From Thalia democratica (taxonomy: Eukaryota): a stretch of 64,000 nt of DNA. The notes beneath the pieces were generated by a model that did no database searches, was not told where the DNA came from, and worked only from the letters and a program-made list of their open reading frames with translations. Below are positions 23,479-37,200 of this stretch, one piece after another. Each line of letters opens with the position of its first letter. Within the stretch, counting starts at the first letter, position 1. The stretch is from NCBI GenBank assembly GCA_965202585.1, contig CBDBBG010000079.1, positions 1 to 64,000 of the forward strand. Direction: 5' to 3'. Made by a program: the position numbers and the translations under genes.

Positions 23479-25145
23479 TTTTATACATTTATTTTAGTTC
23501 ACTGTTGATAATAAGTTAGTTTTAAATCATTTGTAAAACTTTTATATTGCAAGTTTAATATCTAAACGAAAAATTGAAGGTAAAATATTATATTAATAAG
23601 CAAGACGACCACTGATCTAAACAATAAAAAGAAATTAGTCTAATTACACATAGCCTAAACCATTAAGCTAATCGAAATCTGTGCACACTGAACTGCAAAT
23701 AAAATCATGTGCACCCAAAGATCTAATTTAAGAGAGCCTCTAGTGGTAGGAATACGAAAACACTTTTAATTGATTTCGAAATACATTCTTAATATCAGAA
23801 ATATTTAACTAAACTTATTTAAACATGTAATCTAACTAATATTAACTGAAAGCTGAGATCCATATCAACAATATCAACTAATATAAACTAAAAGATCAAA
23901 TACATCAACTGATATATTGATCCGATATACTGATCAAATACATCAGATTTATCAACTGTAGCTTAAATTTATAATAATTTTATCATACAGTTCTCTTTCT
24001 TTATGCCTTTTTTTTCTACAGCATTAATATGAGTTTCCTTTTACAAATTTAAATATAAATTAAATTAATTAATCTCTGCTAACCCCAATAAATACCTAGT
24101 ACTCTAAATGTTTCAATAAGAACTAAACACATACATAAAATATCTCTAACATTATTTATTAATATTTTCTGTATTTTACATCGATGTTGAACGAAAAAGA
24201 AAGAACAAAGTCCAGTTAAATAAAAAAAAAGTATATTGCTGATCTGAGTAAAATATTACTTGAAGCTGTTATTGTTAATTTCTTGTACTAAATTTTGCAC
24301 TCTATTAAGTTCAGGGTTGTAAAAGATTTTCACTTTTTCCTTTTATAACAATTAAAAGTTGAAAATTAAGTTATTTTAAGCATAAAAATGTACTAATATT
24401 TTTTTCTAAATTAATTTGAAATTACTTTATTTTAACTATATAAGTTTATAATATAACTGAATATATACTGTTGCCACTTCTTTGAGTCAAAAGTGAGTTC
24501 CTTCAAATCTAAACAAAAAATCTAAGTCATTAAATATAAAGGTTTTTATCAAAACTGGTTATAAACAAACAAAATATTAAACTAAATCAACTAAATATCA
24601 TTCAAAACATTCTTGAAGTTAAAGCCAGTCTGAGATTCATTAAGTTAGCCAAAAGTTAAAACAAGTTTTTTCGCCATAAATTAAAAGTTATTAATAATAA
24701 ATGTAAAACAACTTATACTTAAACAACTAAAAAAAAAAAGTTTTAAAGTACACAACTGAGAAAAAGTACTTTAAGTTTAATAATTGCTACAGATTAAGCA
24801 AAATAATGGAAACTAGTCTTAATTCATATTTAAAGAATAAAAACCTATGTAACCATAGTGTTTCGAAAAAGTTCTTACATTGCTTTAATTTAATATATAT
24901 ATATTTATATATAATACAACTGGCCAAAAGTTATTATGGATAGTTAAGTGTTTGACAATCCTGTTTTTTATTGAATTAGTTGTCCTTACCTACTTTTAAT
25001 CTTAAAAACATATTAAAAAAAATTAGATTAAGACTTAGCAGTGGAAAAGTTGTGCAGAGTTTTAAGTAGTCTTTCAAGTTTGCATTAAGTGAACCACATT
25101 TAAAGTTAGAAGTAATTATTAGAAGAGGTATTATATACTAAAATT

Positions 25146-25730
25146 AGGAACGGGTCTCAAATGCACGAAGACCAATTTGCACGAGGAACTAAATTGAAGG
25201 AGAACAAAATTGCATGAGTGCTCAAAATTGAACAAAGCCAAATTTGCACGAGGGCAAAAAATTGCACGAAGACGATTTTGCACCAAGGGTCAGTTTTGAA
25301 CGAGTAACATTTTTGCACAAGAGTAGAAAAATAAACAAAAAAAATAAAAAAATTAGAAAAAAAAACTAAATGAAAACTAATAAAAAAAAAAGAAAAAGCT
25401 ACCGACCAAGGATTAGGGGTAACAGTGATAGTAAAAATTGTAAATTAAATTTAAAATCTAAAAACAATAAATAAATAAAAAACTTACCGACCGAGAGTAA
25501 AGGGTGACAGTGAAAGTAAAAATAATAAATAAACCAGAAAAAAAAGAAAAAATTAAGACAGACATTAAAAGAAAACAAAATGAACCGTGCAAAAGTGTCT
25601 TCGTGCAAAATTGTCTACTTGTGCAAAAGTGTCTTCGTACAAATGTATCTTAGTGCAATTTTGTGCACTTCTGCAATTTTGTCCTCTCTGCAATTTTATA
25701 CACTCATGCAAATTAGACAGCTACCTACCT
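25146..25730. mobile_element. Small foldback-type MITE with TTGCACGA subrepeats in its inverted arms
   Basis: Left arm has repeated (aa/tt)ttgcacga units, right arm repeated tcgtgcaa/tgtgcaa units; aaatt flanks both ends; absent from the paralogous Kelch upstream regions. Confidence 0.65.
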
Positions 25731-28697
25731 AAATTAAATATAATCCTGTAATTGTTTGAAGCTTGTTATTGTTTTTAAACATTTTGAAATTGTTGCAAAA
25801 TATAATAAAATAAGTTAAATAAAATTCTAGTTGCTAGAAAATTTAAGTAAAAATGACATTTAAATAATTTGCAACTAAAATAAAGTTATTTTGTACTAAT
25901 ATCAGCAATGCTACTTTTTGAGACAAAATAATTTTTTACTAAGATAGTAGTAAGGGCCAAATACTGAAAGAAGACATTATTAATGAAGCTCAAACACCTA
26001 AAATATAATAGATATATGAGAGGCATAATATAAAGAAATTAAAACATTATCTTTAAGGCAAAAAACGTTTTAAATTCAAAATACTCAGCTGTAAGTAAAA
26101 AAAAATCTGAACTTAGTCTAATTAATAAAAAATCCTTGACAGTCTAAATTTTAATTCAAATCTCAAACTACCTCAAACTATCTTATATTAATTAAACTAC
26201 ATAATAAAGTACATATAAATTCTTAAAATGAATAAAAGCTAACAGTTTTTCTTTCAAGTGTTTAGGTTATTAAGAATTTAAAGAATTATAAAATATATGG
26301 ATTTATTTGAAAATGATAGTAAATTTTGATTGTTTTAAAATAAACTTTATGAAAACACTAAAAATTAATTTCATATTTCACAGGATATTGAAGTTTTATT
26401 TAAATTGAAGTTTTAAATTACATTTCATTATAGTACAAAACACAAAAGAATATTTTTATGTCAGTTTCAATAATTTTTGCACAACAAAAACAATAATTTT
26501 TTTTTAATAAAACTTCTGATAAAACTAATAAAATTGAATCATTATAATTATGAAGAACAAAAACTAAGATTCCTAGTTGTTAGTTTAAGTTAGTTCAAAA
26601 TAATTTATGAATTTTTATAAGGAATATATATAAAAGTTGTGGCTTTCTTAAAACCAAAGCAAATTAGTCTGAGTAACCAATAACAGCTTTAGCAGGGTTG
26701 CCACTTGTCATATAAAAGAAAACTTAATGACTTAATACTGTTCTGAGCCATCTTGAGTATTTGAAATTCTTTAAAAAATCTTAAATATGTATTTTTTATG
26801 TAGATAGTGTTTAAATCCAGATTATAAACAAAACTGGCTATAAAACGTAAGAACATTAAAACTAAAACAAACAAATCTCATTCAAGATTTAGAACAGCGA
26901 TTTTTAATCTGGGGTAAAGTTCCTTGTTTTCAAAGTAAATTTTCATTATTAACCACAAGTTGTTATGTAAGTTAGTGTTTTTAATTGTTGTTTTAATTTA
27001 TAAATAAATATTTAACTGTTGATTTTTTTGGGTTAAATAAACTCATTAAGTTTTACCGTTTTTAACATTTTATAAGCCTAATCATCCAAAAATCAAGATT
27101 TTTTTCCTAAAAATTTAACACTATTTTGTACATTATGGGTAAATTTTATACTTATATTTCAAAAAGGAGTAAATTTGGCAATGCCCTTCTAAAAAGGAGT
27201 AACACATGAGAAAGTTAAGAACCTTTAGATAAACACTTTACTCTTTAGATAAACACTGGACTGAAGTTTTCTGTAAACTTTAGTTTATGCTGGATTTTTT
27301 ATTAAAAAAATTAAACTGGCCTGAGTTATTCTAAGTTTTTTTTTTCCAACTACTTTGAGTTAACCTGAGTTATACCAGCATTATATTTCATCATGAACTT
27401 ATTTTTAGAATTCTAGCTGGCCTTAGTTATCCTGTGTTTATGGTAACTAAGCATAATTGACATCAAACTAGCCTCGGTCATCTTAAGTTTTACAAATAAA
27501 GTAAGAGAAAGTCAAAAGCTGAAAAATTATAAAGCTAATCAACCATGACCACTAAAAATTATTATTATTACAATAAGTTAGATTTAATATTAAGAAATAT
27601 ACTTTTAAAAGAAAAATCTGAGTCATGAAATCATCCACAAATTTAACAAAAATATTGAAACTAGCTTAAGTTTTGCAAAAAAAAAAAAGACATCCCAAAA
27701 ACATTGGCCAAGTTTTAGAAACTTTTACTGGTATGACTGTGTGGCAACCCTGATTCATACTTAAACCTAAACTGGATATTAAATGATTATTAACTGAGTT
27801 ACTACTTTTAAGAGTATAAATGTTAATCTGAATAAAAAAACAGCAAATGTTTCATCAAATTAGATATTAATCAAATCAGATTTAATATTAAAAAACACTT
27901 TTCAAAGAAAAAACTGAATCATAAAAGCATTTGGAGGAACTAGCTAAAGTTTTGTAAATAAAAAAAAGACATCTTTTCCTTAGTCAAATTGTATTTTTAA
28001 TGAAAGTTTTACAGGTATGAGTGTGTGGCAACCCTGATTCAAACTAAAACATAGAATTAAATATTAACAGAGTTGCCACTTTTAAGAGTAAAAACATTAG
28101 TCTGAGTAAAAAAAAACAACAACTGTTTCATCAAATTAGATTGAGACTATTCAGATTTTTATAAGAAAATAGTAAAGATAAGTTAAATAACTGAAAAATA
28201 TACAGTTAATCAAGAATTATTTTCTTAAGATTTTCTTTGAAATCAAAAGAAATGAAGAGATATAAAGTTACACATAACTTTGAAAAAAGTTTCCAAAATC
28301 AGAAACTAGTAAATTAGACTAGCTTAGATTTGATTTTAGAAAAGGTACCTAAATAGCCTGATATTAAAAAAAAAACTCAGTAAAACCCAACCAACCTAAA
28401 TTTTTCGCAAAACCTTTAAAAAGTTTAAAGAAGTCTTTATGTGTGGCAACTCTGTTTAACCAAGCCTATATTTTGTATAAAGTTTATACGTACTATTCAA
28501 ATTCTATATAAATACATTAAGAAATTAGACATCTATAATCATTAATAATTTTAATTGTTTAAAATTAAAACATGTTGCTATGAATTTATCTATTATTAAG
28601 ATGTATTTGTAGATAAGAGTTTATATACTTTGCAAAATTCTAAAACATTGTTTAAAATTGAACATAGTTTGTTTAACTTTGATGTAAGTATAATACT

Positions 28698-28854
28698 ATA
28701 TTATATGTTTTGGTTTTAAGAAAACAAATAGAGAGATCTCAACTGCTGGAGGAGAAGTAATATATTTATTCTTTCAAAAAATTTATTTTGCAAACTAAGT
28801 TTCGGTCAAAGACCTCGTCAGTGCTTGAATAAATTTTATTCAAATAGAATATAA
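28698..28854 (-). mobile_element. 157-bp retroposed insertion carrying a hammerhead ribozyme (Penelope-like or retrozyme fragment)
   Basis: Flanked by a perfect 14-bp direct repeat gtaagtataatact (28684-28697, 28855-28868); the paralogous site near 37610 is empty with a single copy of the motif. Confidence 0.75.
28778..28837 (-). ncRNA. Type I hammerhead ribozyme motif (GUU cleavage triplet)
   Basis: Minus strand: AAAAUUUAUU CAA GCA CUGACGA GGUC UUU GACC GAAA C UUA GUU / UGC AA AAUAAAUUUU. Complete CUGANGA and GAAA cores, 4-bp stem II, 2-bp stem III, stem I of 3 bp + internal loop + 10 bp. Confidence 0.75.
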
Positions 28855-28882
28855 GTAAGTATAATACTTAATACTAAGTTAA

Positions 28883-29550
28883 GGGCATAGGGGGATGCGA
28901 TTTTTTTTTTACTAAAAATAACCCTGGATCTTATTTAAAAGCTTCAAGTACAAACTACAAGCTAGTTTTCATACAACTAAAAGAAGTTATTTAACTTTTG
29001 AGTGATTGTATTTTTTATAAAAATTTTCCGATACAAACATATGAACTGAAAATTTTTCGGGGTTAATTTTTTCGGAAATTTAAAAAATCACTAAAAATCT
29101 ATCTTCTCCTTCATTAATTGAGCTAGAGACCTCAAACTTTGAGGAAACGTTTCTTTTATAGTTTAAAAGACTCTTAATACTGGAATTTTAAAAATATAAG
29201 AAAATAAATATTTTAGATTTATAAATCAAAAAAATGGGTAGTTTTTTTATTAAAAATGTTTATTTTCAATTTAAAAAAAATCCCTGCATAAAATTTAATA
29301 ATACACTTTCTGTAAAAATTTAAAGAAGATTGCTCAAAAAATGAAAAAGGAGATAGATTTTTAATGAAAAGGTTTTTTTTGCGTTTTTAGTTTGCGCCTT
29401 TAATTAGGAACCTATTGAGGTCACCAACTTTGATCGCTCATATCTCAAAAATTACTTTGAATTTTTTGAAGCGATTAAAAATATCTGATAGCTCAGATAA
29501 AACTATAAAATAAGATCAATTTGTAAAATTAAGGTGGACCCCCTATGCCC
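28883..29550. mobile_element. 668-bp non-autonomous DNA transposon with TTAA target duplication and GGG termini (Kolobok/Sola3-like)
   Basis: TTAA|GGGCATAGGGGG ... CCCCCTATGCCC|TTAA, perfect 12-bp TIR; absent from paralogous segments near 18750 and 37630. Confidence 0.8.
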
Positions 29551-32418
29551 TTAAGTTATTAAAGTCAATATTTTTAGTATCATGTAAGAATAGTTATTTA
29601 GTGTAAAAAGTATAAAAAATTAGATAATTTATTTGAAATTTAGTAAAATTTATTTATTAAGCATAAGATTATAATTTTAAAAGAATTTGCTAACAACAAG
29701 AATACATTAAGCTTTAAAATTTAATAATTTTGACTTTCCTTCATTATTGTAGCATGATGACGGACAAGGCTTTCTCCATAATCAACTATCGACGATAAAT
29801 GTAAGATTCAACATTTATTTTTTATTTACTTGAAAATGTTTTCTTAGCAACATTGTGAACTTGAAATATGACAATTGAATTTTAGACGAAAATAGTCTTA
29901 TGACTAAAATGGCCAATTTATGAAAACACAAATTAAACATCAGGAAAAGGTCACTTAATTGAGATTTGTTAAAATTTTAAAGTAAAACTCAATCATCTTA
30001 CAGCTGTAAGACTTATTTGTTTTAAATATAAAATTAAAATTTAAGTAAAACTAAGAGGTTCACACGATTCTCATTACCTATAAGTAAAATAAATTATTTT
30101 TAAGGAACTAATGACTACAATATATTTTCAGTTTTTATAACAATAAATACTAACTCGTTTTTTTAGTAATTGTGCTGTTTAACTTTTAAACACAAAAAAT
30201 TTAAAACATAACCTTTACTTTTAATAAAGTAGAGTTTTAAGATTACATTGTAAAAACTTAGTATCTACTAAAAAAATTTAAAATATGTTAACTAATTTCA
30301 TCTACTAGAATCAACATCAAGATAAATTTTGAATTTATTCCAAACCTATCTATTATAAATCAATAACTACTTTAAATTTACGCTCTTATGTACAAAAATT
30401 TAGTTTTATACTTTACCTCTAAGTACCAATTTTCTACAAAAAATCAAACAATAAGTTTTGCCAACAATTTAAATATAGTCAACAGACTAGTGAAACATAT
30501 AACTTTGATAATTAAAATTTTTTATTGCAAATAAATAATCCAACTGCATAAACAAACTATCATAAGTAAAAGTTTGCTTTAGCGGCTGCAGTTCTAAGGT
30601 CGCTTCTGATTGCCTAATATTCTTATTTTTAATTAAGTATATAATGTTTTTAGGAAATATTTTTTTATATAATCGGTTAGGGTGTAGATGTTTTTTTATA
30701 TTCTGCCGTATTATATCACTTTACCTCATTTACATAACTTAATGAATGAAAACATTTCAAAATCCTTACAACTGCGGCCGACCCTTTTATTTTAAGTCAT
30801 ATTATAATAAAATTAAAAATAACAAAATATATACAACTTACTGATATGTTAATTGTCAATTCAGTAAAGTTACTCTCTGATCTGAACTTCGAAAATGGAC
30901 TATATTAGAATTTTAGGGTCCATAAGATGAAAAGGGGCGATAATTTGAAACTTACACTGGATATTTTCGAGTTGAAGGTGAGGAGCAAAAAAGGTCTTAT
31001 ACAACATAAGTATTATGAGAATTTTTGTTAAAGGGTGCCATAGCTTTTTGGGAGCCTTCAAAAAAAAAAAAGGAACACCCTGTCTTAGATCAAAGGTTCC
31101 CTAGTCTTAAAAGTTTTTAGGTGTTTCATTTGACATCAGGGGCGTGTTTCAAAATACAATTTTTATGACTGATTAAAAAAAAAGAAGATTACCTACTAAA
31201 AACGTTTATTAAGCAGTAAGTTAATATGTGTAAAGAGATTTGTTGTGCTTTTTTGCTAAATTTTCATCTAATGAACTTAAAAGAGTTAAAAATTAGCTTA
31301 ATTTTTTTCTTGTGATATCTTGACATTTGGCACAAAATAATAAAAATTTATATTTAATATTGAAACTAATTTGAAAATTATGATGGCATATCTGCATTAA
31401 GACTTTTTATTAATTTACATAAAGTTTGTGAATGCTATATACTTGTACACTCAAAAATACAATTTATAAATTCAATCTGCACTTCGTATATGTCAGTTAC
31501 ATTTAATTATGTATTTCAAATCGGTATACTGACAATTTCCACACAATTTTTTTTTAATATCTTTATCGGTTTCTTTATTTTTTATTATTTATTTATTTAT
31601 TATTTATGTATTACCGTAACCCCAAACCCTTACCCTTAGTCAGTAAGCGGTTCTCGTTTTTGACCAGGTGGGAAATGATCGCTGGTTGGAAATCAGCGGT
31701 TCCATTCAAATCGTACCTTATGGTATTTAGAAAAAGAAACATAAACCAATGAAATTATGATACTACTTTTAATGGTTGTAAAATGATAGTTGCAATGAAA
31801 TTAATATCTTATGAAATGATGAAAAAACCACTTAAAAATATTTGTTCCATTGACCTAGTGTACAATAAAACCTTTTAGTTAATGTTATCGAGTCGCACAC
31901 CACGGATACCTTTTAACGTCTTGTTCGGGACATTAGACACTTACATTGTTTAAAAAACTTTACATTTAAAGCTACTATAGAAAACACTTATTGTGTGAAA
32001 CATTATTTTTTTTTAATTTGTGAATTAATAAGTCTGTCGGTATAGTTTTCTTAAGTAAAGATAATGTTTACTTTAATTGGTATCTAACTTAAAAAATTAG
32101 TTTTTTATTGTTTTAACATTTTTTCAGTTAAAGTCTATTTTTAAAGTATCTAGTTTGATCAGTACTTTTTTAGATAGTTTCTATAAACATATAACGAAAA
32201 AAAAAGTGTTTGTAAAATATAAAATTAGAAGATATTTTATATATATTTATTTTCTATATAAACAAACTGCATATTTTTAGTAAGTTTTTTTTTTCAATGA
32301 TACCTTTTGCAAAATTTTTTCAGCTAAGCTTCACAAACTTATTTACAAGAAATAAAACCAAGTCGAAATTTTCAGTAATACTTTATCTAGCACTACAATA
32401 CATCAAATAAAAGTCACA

Positions 32419-34297
32419 TTAAAAATTTTCCGAAAAAATATTGAGTTTCGGATATTTGACACAGTGATAACAATTACTATCCAGCTCGTATTGCTTGAAA
32501 CTAACTTCCTTCTCCAATTTTAATCCCTCTGAATCGAAAACAACATAATCAAACTTGTTAAAAACCGCTATTATTTTGCTGCCAATCACTACGCACTGAC
32601 AGAAGAAAAAATTCTTCTCAACCCACGGAGCTTGAAGAAAAGCAAACTTCCCGCTGAAGAGATCAAAAACCTCGAAACTTTCCGCTCCACTGATCACGTA
32701 CATTTTGTTCCCGATGCTCACCGGGGCGTGACCGCTTTTTCCCTCCATCATGTCGGGCATTTCACGTGACCATTCACCTGCGCAGTGATCGTAAGCTTCA
32801 ACGGATGTCGGATGATCGAATCCTCCTGACGTCACTATTCTCCCGTTGAATACGGATGACGCGGCTCCGCTCCTGAAGTGTTTGGTGTCTTCCAGTTTCC
32901 TGAAACTTTTAGTGCTGGGATCAAAGACGACAAAGTTGGTTCCTGATAGGTCACGTTGATGACGGCCCCTGACGATTCTTGACGCTTTACGGTACAATTT
33001 TCCCCCTAAAATGTAAATCTTTCCCGCCAAACTGCACGTTAAAAAATTGCCACAGTTTATCAAAGAATCGGTAAACCTTACATGCTCCCAGGAACCAGTC
33101 AAAACTGAGTAAGACCACACCGACAAACTATCAAGAGAGCGATCGTAACCCAAGAAGTATATGATCCCGTTCACGAACTCAACGGAGGACACGTCAATAT
33201 TTTCATCTCTACAAGCGATCTCAGTGAAGGACGAGCAGTTCTTATTTTCCAACTCGAACACGGTATAGCTACGACGAGTGTTTTCATTAGTAAGGTGATA
33301 GGTATGTGTACTGGGTGCAACAGACTTGCTGCCGCAAATTGCCACCTCAAAATTATCCTGAGCACAATATCTCACTCGACAGTCGACAGAGCTCGGGTCA
33401 AGAGTCTGCACAGTTTTATCGCTGATAGCTTTGAGTATAAACCCCTTACTCTCAGCACATTTTGAAAATGTTTCAGCATCTAACATTGTATACAGAGCAG
33501 CAGTTGAGAGCAGAGGTAGACGAATTGTTTTCACCAGACCTATTGTAAGCTTGCTTCTTGATTTTGGATCGTGTTCAATCCAACTTTTCACAGCTTTTGC
33601 TACCTCAAGCTCCGAGGTGATATTCAAGTCTGAACTAGACGAGATCCTCACAAAGAGATCAAAGCTCAAACCGTCCAACATTTTATTCTCGGCTAAGTAG
33701 CAGAACCACCTTGTTATGAAGTCGAAAGTGCACTTTTGAATTTTCTTGTTGTAGGCAATTTTGGAAAACTGATGGTAGAAACAAACGTTATCAATATCCA
33801 GGTCAATCTTCAACAAGTCGAGCAAATGTTGCTTTGCATTGACGAAATTGAAGAGTTTTGCCACTTTGTTAAGTTTAAAAATATTTTCTTTGATTAGCTT
33901 CTTATTTCCTAGAAAATTTTAGTTAATTTAAATTTTTATTGTTTAACTAAATTAAACATACATTAATAAAGCTAGTTAGAGATGCGTGCTAATAATTGAA
34001 TATCTTTTTTATAATTATTAAATAAACATCAAGAAACTTAAGAGCGATTAAAAAAAAGTTCTTACGTATGTAAAAATATTTAGAGAAGTTTTTTAATTCT
34101 TTTTCATCAAAACACAAAACTGCATTTCTTTTGAAACTTTTCACAACATTTTCGTCTTCGGAATTTTCGTTTTCATCGAAGTTCCTGAAAAACTCTTCAC
34201 AAAGTTCTTGATTCTCAGAGTTCGTGGTTTTTATTTTTTCAACACTAGTAGCGCACGAGGCATTAATGTTACCAGTTGTGCTTTCAAAAATTGACAT
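32419..34297 (-). CDS. Divergent BTB-BACK-Kelch protein, copy 4, intact, 573 aa; exons 34297-34066 and 33908-32419
   Basis: Phase-1 GT-AG intron 34065-33909; spliced length 1722 nt with no internal stop; BACK and kelch motifs as in copy 1. Confidence 0.9.
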
Positions 34298-37200
34298 TTT
34301 TATATATTTATTTTAGTTCACTGTCGATAATAAGTTAGTTTTAATATCATTTGTAAAACTGTATATATGATGTTTTATAAAAAATACAAGTAAAAATTAT
34401 ATTGATTAGCTTGACGACAATTGACATTTCATATATTTATTTTAGGTTGCTGTTGATAATACGTTAGTTTTAAGTCATTTGTAAATTTTTATGGTGTATG
34501 TTTAACAAATAACAAATATTGAAAGTAGAAATTATATTTATTAGCTTAACGACCTATGATCTAAAAATCCAAATTAATTTATTTTATTTACTCATAGCTT
34601 AAACCATCAAGCTAATAGAAACCTGTGCACACTGAATTGCAAATAAAAATTATGTGCACCCAAAATGGCAGGAATCCGTAAACACTTTTAATTGATTTTG
34701 AAATACATTCTTAATATCAGAAACAGTTAACTTAACTTAATTTAACATGTAATCAAACTACATCAACTGAAAGCTGACAGCCATATCAACTATATCGAAC
34801 TAATATTATTTGAAAGCATTATATCAACTGAAGCTGAAATTTATAATAATTTTATCATGCAGAGTCCTCTTTATTAATGCACTTCTATTTCTACAGTATT
34901 AATATGGATTTCCTTTTACAAATTTAAATAAACACATTTCTACTCACCCTAATTAACACCTAGTAATCTCAAATGTTTTATTAAGAACTAAACACATACA
35001 TTAAATTTTCAGTTAACTTTAACATTATTTTATTATTATTTTCTGTATTTAACATAGATGTTGAACAAAAAAGAAAGAACAAACAAAGTTCAGTTAATTT
35101 TCAAGTATGTACATTGTTGCTCTATATAAAATATTACTTGAAGCTGTTATTGTTCATTTCATGTACTAAATTTTTTACTTCATTAAGTTCAAGGTTGTTA
35201 AAGATTATCACTTCTTTATTTTAAACAATTTTGTTAATTAAGTTATTTCAGACATGAAAATAAAAAAAAAATGTTATAAGTTTGTTTTAAATGACTTTAT
35301 TTTAAGTTTATAACTGAATGTACACTGTTGCCACTTCTTTGGGTCAAAAATAAACTCTTTCGAGTGACTACAACTGCCCTGATTCCCTTCAAACCTAAAC
35401 AAAAAATTAAAATCAATAAAAAACCAGGTTATAAACAAAACTAGTTATATATAAACGAAAATTTAAATTCAATCAACCTTACATCATTTAAATATTTGAA
35501 AAAAGTACTGAGATTTTCAGATATTCTCAAAATATCCTGAGCTATTTATAAAAAAACAAAAATATTTCTAATATGCCTGAAAATATTATTATAAAGACTA
35601 AAAAGGTTTTAAATTCAAAAAACTAGCCTTAAAACTAAGAAAATAAATTCAAAACTTAACCTAATTACTAAAAAACCCTTATTAGTCTAAGTTTTAGTTT
35701 AAATCTCAAAAAACCTTAAAATAACTGACATTATTCAAATTACAGAATAAACTTAAATACTTGAAATAAATAAAAGCTAACAGTTTTTTATTCAAGTGTG
35801 TAAGTTATTTTAAAATTTGAAGAACTATAAAAATTTGGAAACACTTGAAACAAAAAAATAATTTTCATTATTTGAACAAACTTTAAATAAACACTAAAAA
35901 ATAATTTTATATTTAAATTGAAGTTTTACTTGGTATTTTCTAAATTATATATCATTATAGTATAAAACAAAAAAAATATTTTTAAGTCAATTTCAAGAAC
36001 TTTTGCAAAAAATAACCAGTTAACAATTATTATGCTGAGTTCTTATATTGTAAACTTTCTCATAAAAGTAATGAAGTTGAAACATTATAGTAAAAAAGAA
36101 TAATTCCTAGTTGATAGTTTAAACTGAATTAAAATAGTTTATGATTTTTTATAAGGAGTATAAATAAAAGTTGTGCCTTTCTTAAAACCAAAACAAAGTC
36201 AGTCTGAGTAACCAATAACAGTTTTAGCAGGGTTGCAATTTGTCATATAAAAGAAAACTTAAGAACTTAAAACTGTTCTGAGTCATCGTGAGTTTTTGAA
36301 TTCTTTTAGAAGATTTTTAAATACTCATTATTAAAAACTTAGAAAGGATTTTAAAAAATATAAGAATGGCTGAAAATTATAAGAATATTAAAACTTAAAC
36401 AAACAATTCGCATTCAAGATTTTGTTTATAGATAAAAACTTGAATGAAGTTTCCTAAAAATTTGAAATAATGCTGAGTTTTTTATAATAAAAAATCAAAC
36501 TGGCTTAAGTTTTTTTTTTTAATTTCAAACTAGTCTAACTTAGCAAGAACTATAGCATCATTACAATTTATCATCAAAAGTTCAAGAAATTATTCTAACT
36601 AGTTTTACCTATCTTGAGTGTATGGCAACCAAGCATGAGTTACATCAAACTAGCGTGGGTAATCTTAAGTTTATGAAAAAGAGAAAGGCAAAAAGTAAAA
36701 AAATTATAAATCTAATTAATCTTTAATATCTCCAGTTATCATTATTACAATATGAAAAGTTAGATTAAATACTAAAAAAACAGTTTTCAAAGAAAAATCT
36801 GAGTCATAAAAGTATCCGAAGATTTATAAAAAATATTAAAACTAGCTTAAGTTTCGGAAAAAAAGAAGACATCCTTAGTTAAATTGTATTTTTAAGGATT
36901 CTTTTACTGGTAGGAGTATGTGGCATCCCTGATTCATACTACAAATTAAAACTGGATATTAACTGATTATTAACAGAGTTGCTACTTTTAAGATTATAAA
37001 TATTTATCTGAGTAAATAAAAAACAACTGTTTCATCAAATTAGGTTGACACTATCTTGACTTTTGGAAGAAAAAAAAGAAAATAGTAAAAATAAGTTCAA
37101 TAACTGAGAAATGCAAAGTAAATTAAGAACAAATACTTCATGATTTTTAAAATAATAAAATAAATAAAAAACTATAGATAACTTAAAAAGTTTTCACATT

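Noticed and set aside
32650-32690. CTGAAGA..GAAAC antisense to Kelch copy 4
   Set aside because: Stem II has only 2 bp, there is no NUH with stem III, and the sequence is constrained by coding on the other strand.
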